Assembly: GCA_025357355.1 (NCBI GenBank)
Contig: JANXPK010000165.1
Span: 1-41,822 of the forward strand
Source: Rhodobacterales bacterium
Lineage (GTDB): Bacteria > Pseudomonadota > Alphaproteobacteria > Rhodobacterales > Rhodobacteraceae
Reading direction: 5' to 3'
Length of the DNA: 41,822 bases
This document shows, in pieces, positions 18,827 through 28,340 of this stretch. The translations under genes and the position numbers were made by a program. Position 1 is the stretch's first letter; each line of letters opens with the position of its first letter. The notes under the pieces were generated by a model. The model had not been told where the DNA came from. It did not search any database and saw only the letters and a list, made by a program, of their open reading frames with translations.

Positions 18827-19149
18827 TACAGAACCTCTTCCAGCACATAGGTCACAAAGGCGTCGCTGGCGGGCGATCCGGACGGGATGGGTTTCAGGAC
18901 CTTGAAACTGCGGCCAGGCGTGGCCGCGGGCACCACCAGATCACCGGGCGACAAGGACGCGATGTCGCTTTTCCGGATCTGCACGGTGGGCGTGACCACC
19001 ACAAACGTCCGCCCATCTGCGCTTTCCTGCTCGTATGGCATTTCCCGAAAGATCGCTTGCACTACCTGCGGAAAATTGCCCATGACGGTGACGGGCGCCC
19101 CGAACACCGCGTTCAGAATGCCCGCCATACCGTCAAAGACGCTGGTCAT
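18826..19149 (-). CDS. Head-tail joining protein (gpFII-like)
   Basis: Position after the capsid cement gene; 107 aa, beta-rich; TGATG coupling. Confidence 0.7.
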   Translation of the reverse strand: MTSVFDGMAGILNAVFGAPVTVMGNFPQVVQAIFREMPYEQESADGRTFVVVTPTVQIRKSDIASLSPGDLVVPAATPGRSFKVLKPIPSGSPASDAFVTYVLEEVL

Positions 19150-19481
19150 CAGCGGATGCAACCATCCATATAGACCCGACCCACCACGTCGCCGGTCAGC
19201 GCCGCAAGGCTCGCCGCACCCACCAGCGTGTTGCTGGTCAGGATGTTCGTGAAGTTTTTGGCGGTGTTGTCCCAATAGATTTTCTGACCTTGGGTCCACG
19301 CCTGGCCTGACGCCTTCAACACGTCAAAGACGCCTTCAACCGCGCCTTCAACGTTGGCACCGCTGGCGACGGTGGTCTGCGCAATCGCGACTACGGCACC
19401 AACCAGAAACCCTTGACCGCTGGTGACCGCATAGGGCGCCACGAACGTCTGGGCGTCGCCATCCTGAATAAAGCCCTTCAT
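19149..19481 (-). CDS. DUF2190 family capsid cement/decoration protein
   Basis: MKGFIQDG...VAPYAVTSG...EGVF...GQKIYWD pattern directly after the capsid gene. Confidence 0.85.
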   Translation of the reverse strand: MKGFIQDGDAQTFVAPYAVTSGQGFLVGAVVAIAQTTVASGANVEGAVEGVFDVLKASGQAWTQGQKIYWDNTAKNFTNILTSNTLVGAASLAALTGDVVGRVYMDGCIR

Positions 19482-19517
19482 TTTTCTCTCCACATTTTGG
19501 GGGGTTGAAACGACACA

Positions 19518-19537
19518 GGGCGACCGAATGGCCGCCC
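19518..19537 (-). terminator. GC hairpin after the capsid gene (partial terminator or mRNA stabiliser)
   Basis: GGGCGGCC-ATTC-GGTCGCCC on the minus strand, followed by a weak T-rich tail. Confidence 0.45.
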
Positions 19538-19568
19538 GGTGTCAGTGATCTGCCGTCACATCAGGGCG

Positions 19569-21662
19569 TTATGCGCCGACGTTCTTGTAAGTGCCCCGGA
19601 AATCGCAAGCCCCCAGACCGAAGTCATGGGTCAGCGTCATCGCCCAGCCTTGCACGCCGAACGGCTCTTCCGTCCGCAGACGCGGCGATTCCGAACCATT
19701 CAGATAGCCATAGACAAAGCACTGGCCGCCCGGCATGCCCGGGTCGGCAAACAGATACCAGTTGTTGCCCGTCACCTGCGCCGAAACCACAACCTGCAGC
19801 TGGCCCGAAAAGGGGTTGACGCTACCCGCCAGCGCCGGAGTGATCGTCGTGACAAGTTGCTTGGCCTCGACCTCTTTGTCCGGACCCACCAGCAGAATCA
19901 TGGGCGTCAAATTCAGCTTCGCACCATCAATACCAACCTGCTTGCGGATGATCGCCTGACCAAGGCTAAGCGACGCGATGTTAATGGCAGTACCCGCCGA
20001 GGTCAGGTTTCCCGCCGCAGTAAATCCACGGGTGGCAGCCGCCAGCCAGACCGCCAAACCGTCAGACGACAGGGCCGCGGTGGCCATATAGGCGTAGAAC
20101 GTCCCCTCCTCGAAATCGAGAACGCGCTGACCATAATCGGCGACCAGGTCCGAAATTGCACCAAGATCGTCATTGATCATGGCTTGGCGCGATATCCGCA
20201 AACCGGTGGCATAGCTGCCAAGGATCGCAGTTTCGCGCTTCTCGCCGAAGGTGCCGAACTTGATCTCGCCACCTTCACCCACCGGCACCAGATTCGGAAA
20301 GTCGCCGGCCCGCACCATCGGATGCACCCGGAAGTCATTGAAAACCTTCTTGCGGGCAATGGCACGGTAGGTCGGCTGGTGGACCTGATAGCGATCGAGC
20401 AGCACCTTGTTCAGCGCGTTCTCGAAAATGCCAGTGTAGTCGGACGTGGTGTGATTGCCGGCCATGAAGGCGTTGATCTTTTCACCAGCGGTGCGCAACG
20501 GCCCCTTGTAGCCATTGATCTGCGCCGCCATCTCCACCAGCGACATCGACATGTAGGGCCGCGCCATGTCGGTGGCAGGTGCCGCCCGCGACAACTGGGC
20601 CACCAAGGCCGCCTCCACACCAGAACGGCGTGTATCGCCTTCGTCACGCGTGATGGTGGCGGCACTGCGAGACACAGGCGATTGAGTCGCAGCCATGCGG
20701 GTAATGAACCTCTGGGCGGCGTCCGCACTTGACGTGCCATCCTCGATCAACACATCGACGTCATCTTGCACCAAAGCGCCCGAAGCGAGAAAGGCAGACG
20801 CCATCATGCGAATGTCGCGCTGACGGCCGCGTTCAGCCAGGACAATATCTTCCGGGCGTGGTGCGGCGGCCATCACAACCGCGGGCACAGGGGTGGTGGC
20901 TGCGGAAACCGCCGCCGGGGTCTGATCGGGCATCACTGCCTCCTTTGAAATGGCCATGATGGCCGGGGGACCGCCAGCGGCGGCGGAAGGTTCGGGGGCA
21001 CCGGCTGGCACCCCCGATGTCTTGCGGGCGGTCATGGCAACCATGCCGCCCGTCATCTTCATGAAGGATGCCTTCGCGGCCTCCAGTGTCATCACCGCAG
21101 CCGCAACCGACGGCGCTCCCTCTGGCAGCACCTCATCCGCAAACCCGGCCGCAATCGCCTCTTCAGCGTTGAACCACGTCTCGGCCCGCATCACCTCTCG
21201 GGCCTTGGCGGTCGTGATGCCGGCAGCCGCGCCGTAAACCGCGGCATAGGTGTCAGCCAGCTGGCCCATCAGGGCTGCCTTCTGCAGTAGTTCGGCCTCG
21301 GTCCCAAACACGATGGTCGAGGGGTCGTGGATCATCAGCATGGAACCTGCCGACATGACCCGCTTGGAGGCACCCATGAACAGCAGCGAGGCCGCCGACG
21401 CGGCGAGCCCCTCGACAATCATCTGCACGCCGCCCGGATGCTGCGCCACGATCGAGCGGATCGTTTCGCCCGGAAACGGATCGCCGCCCTCACTGGACAA
21501 CCGGATCACGGCCATACCGTTGAACTGGGCGAGCGCATCGCGCACCATCTGCGGGCAGAAATACCCGCCACCGTCGCCAAACCAGACGGCATCACCGTCT
21601 GACACCACAAGGCCGCTGAGGATGATTTCACCATCCTGCACAAGACTTTGACCGGACCGCAT
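19569..21662 (-). CDS. ClpP-like prohead protease fused to the major capsid protein
   Basis: N-terminal SSEGG, GLAASAAS, MIHDP and ETWFNAEEAIAAGFAD motifs; C-terminal HTTSDY, SRQAMINDD and DFG...DFRG capsid motifs. Confidence 0.92.
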   Translation of the reverse strand: MRSGQSLVQDGEIILSGLVVSDGDAVWFGDGGGYFCPQMVRDALAQFNGMAVIRLSSEGGDPFPGETIRSIVAQHPGGVQMIVEGLAASAASLLFMGASKRVMSAGSMLMIHDPSTIVFGTEAELLQKAALMGQLADTYAAVYGAAAGITTAKAREVMRAETWFNAEEAIAAGFADEVLPEGAPSVAAAVMTLEAAKASFMKMTGGMVAMTARKTSGVPAGAPEPSAAAGGPPAIMAISKEAVMPDQTPAAVSAATTPVPAVVMAAAPRPEDIVLAERGRQRDIRMMASAFLASGALVQDDVDVLIEDGTSSADAAQRFITRMAATQSPVSRSAATITRDEGDTRRSGVEAALVAQLSRAAPATDMARPYMSMSLVEMAAQINGYKGPLRTAGEKINAFMAGNHTTSDYTGIFENALNKVLLDRYQVHQPTYRAIARKKVFNDFRVHPMVRAGDFPNLVPVGEGGEIKFGTFGEKRETAILGSYATGLRISRQAMINDDLGAISDLVADYGQRVLDFEEGTFYAYMATAALSSDGLAVWLAAATRGFTAAGNLTSAGTAINIASLSLGQAIIRKQVGIDGAKLNLTPMILLVGPDKEVEAKQLVTTITPALAGSVNPFSGQLQVVVSAQVTGNNWYLFADPGMPGGQCFVYGYLNGSESPRLRTEEPFGVQGWAMTLTHDFGLGACDFRGTYKNVGA

Positions 21663-21663
21663 A

Positions 21664-23109
21664 TCAGTCTCCTTGCGTCACGTTGATCTGCGGCGGTTTG
21701 GCCGCGGGAAGTCGGACAGGCAGCTTGGCTGCAAAATCCAGTTCGATGTCCTGCACCCGCTCCTTGCGGATCACTTCCGGATCAAGTCCCTGTTCACGCT
21801 GCACCCGCTGCATGCTGGTCATTCCGGCATCAACAGCGTCGATGAATGCCGGAATTTCCTTTGTCGGGTCGATCAGCGGCCGGCGCGGTGCAGTCCAGTC
21901 AAGCGTGAATTCCACCTGCGGCAAATTTGGCAGCAATGCCCAGGACTGCAGCACCCACGCCTCGATCCCGCAACAGAATTGCTCGATCATCAGATTTTGC
22001 TGCCAGCGCTGGACGTTGCGGTCCTGCACCATATGGCCCATCCGACCGCTGGAATAATTGACGCCCTTCAGGTTGCCCGACAGACTTTCGCGGGTGATGC
22101 CCATACCCACCGCGACCATGCCCACGGCTTCACCGATAAACTCGCCGTAGCCTTCTACCGTCGGCGGGTTGGTCCAGTTGACCGTGTTGCCCGCAGGCAG
22201 TCTGACCAGCGCGCCCGGTGCCAGTTCCTCGATCGCCGCAAGGTTGGGCGCGGTGCCATCCTCTTCTGTCGTCACAACGCCGGCCAGCAGTGCCGCCATC
22301 CGCTGTTTCAGGATCTGTGCTTCCTGATAGTCGCTGATTTCCCCAAGTGTCATCATCACCGGGGCAAACCATGAAATGCCGCGCGTTTGACCCGGGCGAT
22401 CCGTCCGCCGGACATGAATGATGTCGCGCGCCGAAATCCGGCTCGATGTCATGGGCCGGAAACGACGCGTCGCGCCAGGGTGATCCGCCCACAGATGATA
22501 GGCTTCGATGGCGCCGGTTGGCCCATATTCGACGCCTTCAAAAACCATGTTATGGCCCCATGACGTCACTGAATCGTTCAGATAGTCGGCCTCCAGCAGC
22601 TCCACCTGAAATGGCAGGACCAGTTCTGGCGAATATCTGATATCGCGGTAACGGCGGCGCACCAGAACCTCGCCATCGGTGATGACCGCCGCCAGAACGA
22701 TTTCCTGAAGCATCGCCATCGTGTTTTCGCCCAAGGCGTCAATGTCCTTGGACAGCAGGTGCTGGCTGATCACTGCCGCAATCTGATCTTTGCGCTTTTG
22801 CGAAACACCCGGAGCATTGATCGACGGCATGATTCCGCTGCCAACCACCGCTCCCACGATCACTTCTCGGGCCCGCATCGCCAAGGCCCGATTGCGCACC
22901 ATATCCCGCGCCAGCTGACGCAGCTGGATACGTGCACCGCCATAGCCCGCCGCGTCCGCAGCAGTGGATGGCGCCTTCCATCCATAGGTACGCCGCCCTC
23001 TCGATGCCGCGTCATAGTTCATCACGGCAGCCGTTGACGCCCTTGCCTTGACCCGCGCGTTGCCCGCCATCGGGTTGAAAAAGTTGACGATCGCGTCGAC
23101 CGGATTCAT
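21664..23109 (-). CDS. Portal protein, lambda family
   Basis: YDAAS, ARDMVRN, RPGQTRGISW, VNYSSGR and IDPTKE motifs. Confidence 0.93.
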   Translation of the reverse strand: MNPVDAIVNFFNPMAGNARVKARASTAAVMNYDAASRGRRTYGWKAPSTAADAAGYGGARIQLRQLARDMVRNRALAMRAREVIVGAVVGSGIMPSINAPGVSQKRKDQIAAVISQHLLSKDIDALGENTMAMLQEIVLAAVITDGEVLVRRRYRDIRYSPELVLPFQVELLEADYLNDSVTSWGHNMVFEGVEYGPTGAIEAYHLWADHPGATRRFRPMTSSRISARDIIHVRRTDRPGQTRGISWFAPVMMTLGEISDYQEAQILKQRMAALLAGVVTTEEDGTAPNLAAIEELAPGALVRLPAGNTVNWTNPPTVEGYGEFIGEAVGMVAVGMGITRESLSGNLKGVNYSSGRMGHMVQDRNVQRWQQNLMIEQFCCGIEAWVLQSWALLPNLPQVEFTLDWTAPRRPLIDPTKEIPAFIDAVDAGMTSMQRVQREQGLDPEVIRKERVQDIELDFAAKLPVRLPAAKPPQINVTQGD

Positions 23110-23313
23110 CTACAAGCCCCGCGTTGTGTAGGGGTAGATGATGGTAACGGCCGACCGGCTGACCCCAGCCACTTCCGCCTCCATCATCGCCAAAGCCGCG
23201 CGCATCTCCGCCATGCTGGCATATTCAACGATATCATGGCCCTGACGCACCAACTTGACGCCACGCCCAATCGCCGCCTTCAGCGCGTCGATGTCGGTTT
23301 GTGTCCAAGCCAT
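23110..23313 (-). CDS. Head-to-tail joining protein (gpW-like)
   Basis: MAWTQTDIDALKAAI...VEYASMAEM; lies between terminase and portal; GAGG SD. Confidence 0.85.
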   Translation of the reverse strand: MAWTQTDIDALKAAIGRGVKLVRQGHDIVEYASMAEMRAALAMMEAEVAGVSRSAVTIIYPYTTRGL

Positions 23314-23315
23314 GC

Positions 23316-25328
23316 CTATTTCCTCAACCATTTGATACCGGTCGGAACCGGCGGTGGTGCCACTTTAGGTTCGGGCGCCCGCGGCGGTTCCTGCACCGTC
23401 GCCTGCTCCGCCAGACTGACCTGCCCGTCGAACAGGTCAGGCTGTGCCTCTTTCGGCACCTGACCCCGTTCGGCCGCCAGAATCTCCCACTGACCATCGG
23501 TCATCGCGGACCAGCCGCGCTTGCGCGCCGCCGCTTCACTGTAATTCATGCAATCCAGACACTCGTTGCGGCGGGTCGGTTCGACCAGGTCCCACTTTGA
23601 GATCATCACACCCGACGGCGCCCGCTTCAAAACCCGCACCTCCGAGGTGATCTGGCGGTAGTATTCGTCCCCCAACCCCTTCGCAAACCGCACATAGCCC
23701 CGGACGGCAGGGTCAATCTTGGCCAGCCAGCCGTAAAAATCGGCCTTCATCTGACTGACATTCAACATCCAACCGCGCTTTTGCCGCTTGATCTGACTGC
23801 CGCTGGCCTTCCGGTCCTGTTGCGGGCGCAACATCGGCCCCGACGCAGACGAAGCCCCCTTGATCAGGATGACCCGCGTCCAGGGATGCCGCTTCGCCCA
23901 GGACCGCACATCCTCGGTATAGGCACCCTCATCGACCGCCATCATGTCCAGGGGCAACCGCTGGCCCAGCTCGGTCCGCCAGGTCGCCTTCAACAACCCG
24001 TCCAGCGCCGCCCGGCCATCGTCATCGCCGATGTAAAACGGGATCACCAAGTGATCGACCACCCACCGGCGATAGTTGGACCCAAAGGCGCAGATCGTGA
24101 CCTCGATCCGGTCCGCCTGGTTGTCCACACCCGCCGTCAGCAACACCCCACAGGCCGGCACGATGCCACGGTCCAGCATTTCACCCGGTTCGGCATTCTC
24201 GACCCGGTCGCGCAGCGCTTCCCAGTCCGGCCCCTTGGTCGCCTGCTCAAAGGGCAGCCCCAACACGTCGTTCCAGAAGGTCTGCTCGGTCCTCTCCTCG
24301 ACCGTGTGCCTGATCTCTTCATCGGTGGCCTGCGCCTGCGTCATGCCAGTCCAGCCCATGACCTGGGCATATTCTACCGCGATCGAGGCCCAGTCCCGCT
24401 GGGGCGCATAGGCCCGCCACAAACTGAACCCCGGATGGTCGCCCTTCGGGTTGCTGGCAACCCACGCTCCGGCCCGCACCATCCGCTCCTTGTCGGCGTG
24501 GCGGATCGCCTCGCCGCAGGTATCACAGGTGAAATGCGCCGCATGCAGGTGTTCCGGATCGATGTTCTTGCGAAAATTCTCCCAGGTCAGCGGTGCCATC
24601 GCGCCACAATGGGGGCACGGCACGTGGTAGAACCGCCGATCGCTCCGATCAAAGGCCTTGGTAATCCGGCAGGTGCCCTTCACCTGTGGCGTCGAAACCC
24701 GCAGGATCTTCGCATCCTCGAACGCCGAGGCACGACTGACGGCCAGCGCTTCCGGATCACCCCGGTCGGTCATCTCATATTTTGACAGATCGTCCATCAC
24801 GACCAGTCGCCGCGATGTGCCCGTCAGATCAGCCGGCGATCCGGACGAGGCCACTTTCAGCGACCCGTTCCGCGCCAGCGTCTCCTGGTTCAGATCGGTG
24901 TCCTTCTGGATGCCGCTCCTGCCATCGCCAAAAATCCGGATCAGGCCCGGCGCTTGCCGCCGCATCGGCAACCACTTGGTGTTGACCCAATCCAGCGCCG
25001 CCGAAATCGTCGGATGCACCACCAGACTGTCCAGCGGCGTGTATTCGTGCCAGGCCGCCAGCGTCGGCTGGATCAGACTGACGGTCTTGCCCCACTGGGC
25101 CGACCCGCACACCGTGCATTCGCGGCACGCGTGCTCAGGCGACAACACCTCATGAATTTCCCGCAGAAACGGAAACCGCGAAATGCTGAACGGTCCCGGC
25201 ATCGGCGACCGTTCGTCAAAGACGATATTCTCCTCGCACCACCGGGTGATGTCCGGCGGGGGTGGCGGTATCATGGCGGCCGCGATCGCTTTGGTGATGA
25301 TCGAGGCCGCCGAAATCAGAAAACCCAT
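23316..25328 (-). CDS. terL: Terminase large subunit, lambda GpA family
   Basis: SAQWGKT (Walker A), VVMDD (Walker B), STP, CPHC...CDTC, AGVDNQ and RRNECLDC nuclease motifs. Confidence 0.95.
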   Translation of the reverse strand: MGFLISAASIITKAIAAAMIPPPPPDITRWCEENIVFDERSPMPGPFSISRFPFLREIHEVLSPEHACRECTVCGSAQWGKTVSLIQPTLAAWHEYTPLDSLVVHPTISAALDWVNTKWLPMRRQAPGLIRIFGDGRSGIQKDTDLNQETLARNGSLKVASSGSPADLTGTSRRLVVMDDLSKYEMTDRGDPEALAVSRASAFEDAKILRVSTPQVKGTCRITKAFDRSDRRFYHVPCPHCGAMAPLTWENFRKNIDPEHLHAAHFTCDTCGEAIRHADKERMVRAGAWVASNPKGDHPGFSLWRAYAPQRDWASIAVEYAQVMGWTGMTQAQATDEEIRHTVEERTEQTFWNDVLGLPFEQATKGPDWEALRDRVENAEPGEMLDRGIVPACGVLLTAGVDNQADRIEVTICAFGSNYRRWVVDHLVIPFYIGDDDGRAALDGLLKATWRTELGQRLPLDMMAVDEGAYTEDVRSWAKRHPWTRVILIKGASSASGPMLRPQQDRKASGSQIKRQKRGWMLNVSQMKADFYGWLAKIDPAVRGYVRFAKGLGDEYYRQITSEVRVLKRAPSGVMISKWDLVEPTRRNECLDCMNYSEAAARKRGWSAMTDGQWEILAAERGQVPKEAQPDLFDGQVSLAEQATVQEPPRAPEPKVAPPPVPTGIKWLRK

Positions 25329-25633
25329 CAGGCGTCGACATTCTCGAACGCAGCTTTCAGGGCTGCAACATCAGCCTCCAGTTTTTTCACTGCCGCGATC
25401 TGGCCCAGCCGCCAAGCATCCTCAACAGCCCTCAACGCGGCCGCAACATATGTCGCCTGGTCATCGGTGTAAGTGTGCACATATGGCGACGATCTGTAGG
25501 GTTCTTGCGCGGCGTCACGTCGACGTTGCCTGTCCTGCTGGAGTTCTAGAGAATCGGCAGTGTATTTTTCATATAAGCCGTCGAGTGCGTCTTGATGCGC
25601 CACTCGCTCTGCCAAAGACTTGACGATCAGCAT
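25328..25633 (-). CDS. Hypothetical protein inserted between the terminase subunits
   Basis: GAGGAGG SD; TGATG coupling to terL; AT-richer than its neighbours. Confidence 0.7.
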   Translation of the reverse strand: MLIVKSLAERVAHQDALDGLYEKYTADSLELQQDRQRRRDAAQEPYRSSPYVHTYTDDQATYVAAALRAVEDAWRLGQIAAVKKLEADVAALKAAFENVDA

Positions 25634-25648
25634 TTAACCCTCCTCGCT

Positions 25649-26287
25649 TCAGATATTCGCCTCGGTTTCGGCCTCGGTCAGCGCCATCTCAGACACCTGC
25701 GCCACCAGCTGGTCAGCGCGACCTGCACGGTGCGTGCGCCATTCGTCGACCATGATCTTCCGGATTATCTTGAAGTCCTGTCCCAGCATGTCGGCCACCC
25801 GGCGCGCACCGTCGCGCAGCACCGCCTCGAACTCCGCTATCTCCTGCGCCATCAGGCGGGCCACCTGCCGCTCGACCTCGCTCGCAAGCACATACTTTCC
25901 CTCGGCCTCACCATTCTGCCGCCGCAGCCGGCGCGTCTCTTCTTCCGCCTTCTGAATCCGCGCCATCTCATAGCGTGTCGGATCGGTCGTCGGCAGTTCG
26001 GCCCCGTCCCGCGTCTTCTGCGGTGCAGACGCGACCGGCGGGTCATCTTCCTCGTCTTCGATCGGCAATGCCGCCAGGGCGCGTTTGGTCTCGGCCCCGT
26101 TACCCAACATCTGACCAGGATGCAGCGTCCGCCCCAAGGCAACCGCAACCTTCGCCAGATCAAATCGCCGCAACCTACCGTCGCCCGAATAGCACCCGTC
26201 AAGCTTGCCGCCGCTCACATACTGGCTGATCCTGCCCGCCGAGACCCCCAACGCCTTCGATAGGCCAACATTGTTTAGCAGGGTCAT
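25649..26287 (-). CDS. terS: Terminase small subunit (Nu1-like)
   Basis: N-terminal wHTH (LSKALGVSAGRISQYV), then coiled coil and GKYVLASEV; follows the cos-like region. Confidence 0.85.
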   Translation of the reverse strand: MTLLNNVGLSKALGVSAGRISQYVSGGKLDGCYSGDGRLRRFDLAKVAVALGRTLHPGQMLGNGAETKRALAALPIEDEEDDPPVASAPQKTRDGAELPTTDPTRYEMARIQKAEEETRRLRRQNGEAEGKYVLASEVERQVARLMAQEIAEFEAVLRDGARRVADMLGQDFKIIRKIMVDEWRTHRAGRADQLVAQVSEMALTEAETEANI

Positions 26288-26289
26288 GA

Positions 26290-26400
26290 CCCAACCCTTC
26301 CTTTAGCCTCCGGTTCTTTAGGCTCGTTAAGTAGTTTACCCCCGCCCAAACCTCACGGCGCGAATTACCCGCGGGGGGTATTACGGGGGAAGGACCCAAG
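26290..26400 (-). promoter_or_regulatory. cos-like packaging site
   Basis: GGGTCCT (lambda cosQ sequence) at 26397-26391, then CGCGGGTAATTCGC, then CTAAAG repeats just upstream of terS. Confidence 0.65.
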
Positions 26401-26411
26401 GGGGTGGGGTG

Positions 26412-27134
26412 TCAGCGGGCGGAGGCGAGTGCGGCGTTGAACCGTTGGGCGAAGCGCTTGGGGAAGGCCTCACGGGCGACGCGTTCGGCATTGGCGTGGA
26501 ATGGGAAGCGGGCCTGGTAGCCCGGTGCTTCACCCACAAAGAGGAGGATCAGCGACGGTTGCCGCTGGCCCGGGATGCGTTTCCAGATGCCCGGCGTCTT
26601 GAAGCTGGGCGGCGAGACGAAGTAGCGCGCCCGTGCCGACCCTGCCCGCTTGCGTGACCGGGTCGTCTCGTTTGCTGCACCATCCCGCATCGCCTTGAGC
26701 ACGGCCAGCACCTGGTTGCGTTCGGCTGAGGACCAGTTGCCATAGGCGTCGAGCCGCGCACCGTCGCCCGGCACCACACCCCAGAGGTGGCCCGCATAGG
26801 CGATGCGCATGGACAAGAGCTTGTCGATGCCCGTCTGCCCGCGCGCACCGCCACTTGCTTCGGTTTCAAGATAGTGTTTGCCCACCACCTGATCCTTGCG
26901 CTGCACCGTGGTGGAGAGCGACTGCTGGGTCGCGGGCTTGGCATAGAACGCATTCAACGTGAAGGGCGTTGGACGGTCGAAGACCGAGGTCATCAGCCGT
27001 TTGTTGTCGGCAAGCACATCCTGCGCTGTGTCGTTCAGCGCCCGGGAGATGGCATAGGGCAGCTGCTTGGAGGCAACGGCCGAGAGGGCCGCGGCAAACT
27101 TGGCTGTCTCTGCCTTGATCGAGAGGGCAAACAT
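26412..27134 (-). CDS. Basic neck/tail completion protein (gpZ-like), first late gene
   Basis: KQLPYAISRALNDTA...FDRPTPFT motif; Arg/Lys-rich. Confidence 0.65.
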   Translation of the reverse strand: MFALSIKAETAKFAAALSAVASKQLPYAISRALNDTAQDVLADNKRLMTSVFDRPTPFTLNAFYAKPATQQSLSTTVQRKDQVVGKHYLETEASGGARGQTGIDKLLSMRIAYAGHLWGVVPGDGARLDAYGNWSSAERNQVLAVLKAMRDGAANETTRSRKRAGSARARYFVSPPSFKTPGIWKRIPGQRQPSLILLFVGEAPGYQARFPFHANAERVAREAFPKRFAQRFNAALASAR

Positions 27135-27152
27135 CAAAGACCCCCCGAGCAT

Positions 27153-27181
27153 GAGAAAGCCCGGAAGGGGTGCTTCCGGGC
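27153..27181 (-). terminator. Intrinsic terminator just downstream of the late promoter (tR'-like)
   Basis: Perfect 9-bp stem GCCCGGAAG/CTTCCGGGC, 5-nt loop, then TTTCTC on the minus strand. Confidence 0.7.
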
Positions 27182-27203
27182 ATGACTTGTCATCCTGTCA
27201 ACA

Positions 27204-27232
27204 GATGTGCCTGACGCGGAGTTAAGCGTCAA
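27204..27232 (-). promoter_or_regulatory. Candidate late promoter containing a TGACGC-N8-GCGTCA palindrome
   Basis: TTGACG-17 nt-CACATC on the minus strand; inverted repeat at 27212-27231. Confidence 0.55.
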
Positions 27233-27248
27233 TCCCCTATTTTGCACC

Positions 27249-27947
27249 TCAGACCGCGCCATAGCCCTGCATCCGGTCCAGTGCGGCACAGAGCGCCATC
27301 CGCAGCGCCTTGCGGTGGCCACCAAACGTGGCCCACCCCGCCCGCCGCAGCACCGTCGACAGGTCGTGCTGGCCGAGGCAGACCGCATCGACCAGCACCC
27401 GGTCGGTGATGATGCCGGCCCGGCCCGGGCCACGGGCCGAGGGCCGCACCCGCCGCACCGCCATCGCCACGCCCTCGCCGATCCGCCCGTGCATCCATGC
27501 CAGCCTGTCACCTTCGTCGATGAAGCTGTCGATGAAGCTGCCACCGCCGCCGCCTGACCGTCCGGCATCCAGCGCGGCGCAGCGCATGCCGCCTGCCGCG
27601 TGGTTTTCGGTCAGATGGCGGTAGAGCCGCGCCGTGTCGATCTGCCCCGGCGTGAAGGGCGGCGCGAACGCGGCATCCCCCGCTTTGCGCTGATGTGCCT
27701 GGCGCAGCGCCTGTTCCATCGCATCCCACACATCAGCCGCCCGCCAATGCGCGGAGACACGACGGCGGGTGCCGCCCTCCAGCACCTCGTATTCCGGCAC
27801 CAGCACCTTCGGCCCCGCTGCAGGGGCCACGATGTCACCATCCGGGCCTGACCGCGTCCATTTGGCCTTGAACGCCGCCAAAGAGGCACTTTCCGCACTC
27901 AGCACCTTTTTCACCCCGACCAACCCCAGCCCAAAAGTTTTTGTCAC
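27249..27947 (-). CDS. Candidate late-gene regulator (lambda Q position)
   Basis: GAGG SD and GTG start; C-terminal helix-rich segment (LVDAVCL...LSTVLRRAGW...ALDRM); directly upstream of the promoter-terminator pair. Confidence 0.6.
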   Translation of the reverse strand: MTKTFGLGLVGVKKVLSAESASLAAFKAKWTRSGPDGDIVAPAAGPKVLVPEYEVLEGGTRRRVSAHWRAADVWDAMEQALRQAHQRKAGDAAFAPPFTPGQIDTARLYRHLTENHAAGGMRCAALDAGRSGGGGGSFIDSFIDEGDRLAWMHGRIGEGVAMAVRRVRPSARGPGRAGIITDRVLVDAVCLGQHDLSTVLRRAGWATFGGHRKALRMALCAALDRMQGYGAV

Positions 27948-28017
27948 GCTTTGTCCCTCAACATTTAGTGGTTCTTTTTCTATTTCAGACAGGATGTTGT
28001 TTTTGGTTGTTTTTTAG

Positions 28018-28340
28018 GGAGAGGATGGAGGGGATAAAAGAAAAAAGGGAGGGGATGAAATGGCGGGGATGGCAAAGATAAAAACAAGCCAAATCAGTAG
28101 GATAAGTATGAAATGGAGGGGATGGAGAGGATGGAGGGGATAATTCCAACCTACACGTAGAGGGACCTCTTGACCGCTTCCCCCGACCCCTTGGATACGC
28201 GCGCGCATGCGGCGGGTTGCAATCATCCTCTCCATCCTCTCCATCCCCTCCCAAACCCCCGCAACCCCCTGACCCGGCTTGCTTTCCCCCCGACCCCTTG
28301 TCCCGAAAATCATCCCCTCCCAAGCCGGTTTATCCCCTCC
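28018..28340. repeat. Iteron array, probable replication origin
   Basis: Twelve 9-mers GG(A/C)G(A/G)GGAT: seven on + (28018-28141) and five on - (28225-28340). Flanked by an AT-rich tract and located right after the helicase gene. Confidence 0.8.

Noticed and set aside
19569-21662. Protease-capsid fusion as a novelty
   Set aside because: ClpP-capsid fusions followed by DUF2190 are an established arrangement in lambda-portal phages.
26320-27230. CtrA boxes near cos and the late promoter
   Set aside because: Only single TTAA half-sites were seen (near 26327 and 27222). I found no full TTAA-N7-TTAA by eye, though a motif scan was not run.
28018-28340. CRISPR array or protein-coding ORFs (27985-28323, 28014-28313)
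   Set aside because: Repeats are 9-mers in both orientations with no regular unique spacers and no cas genes. The ORFs are low-complexity translations of the iterons.
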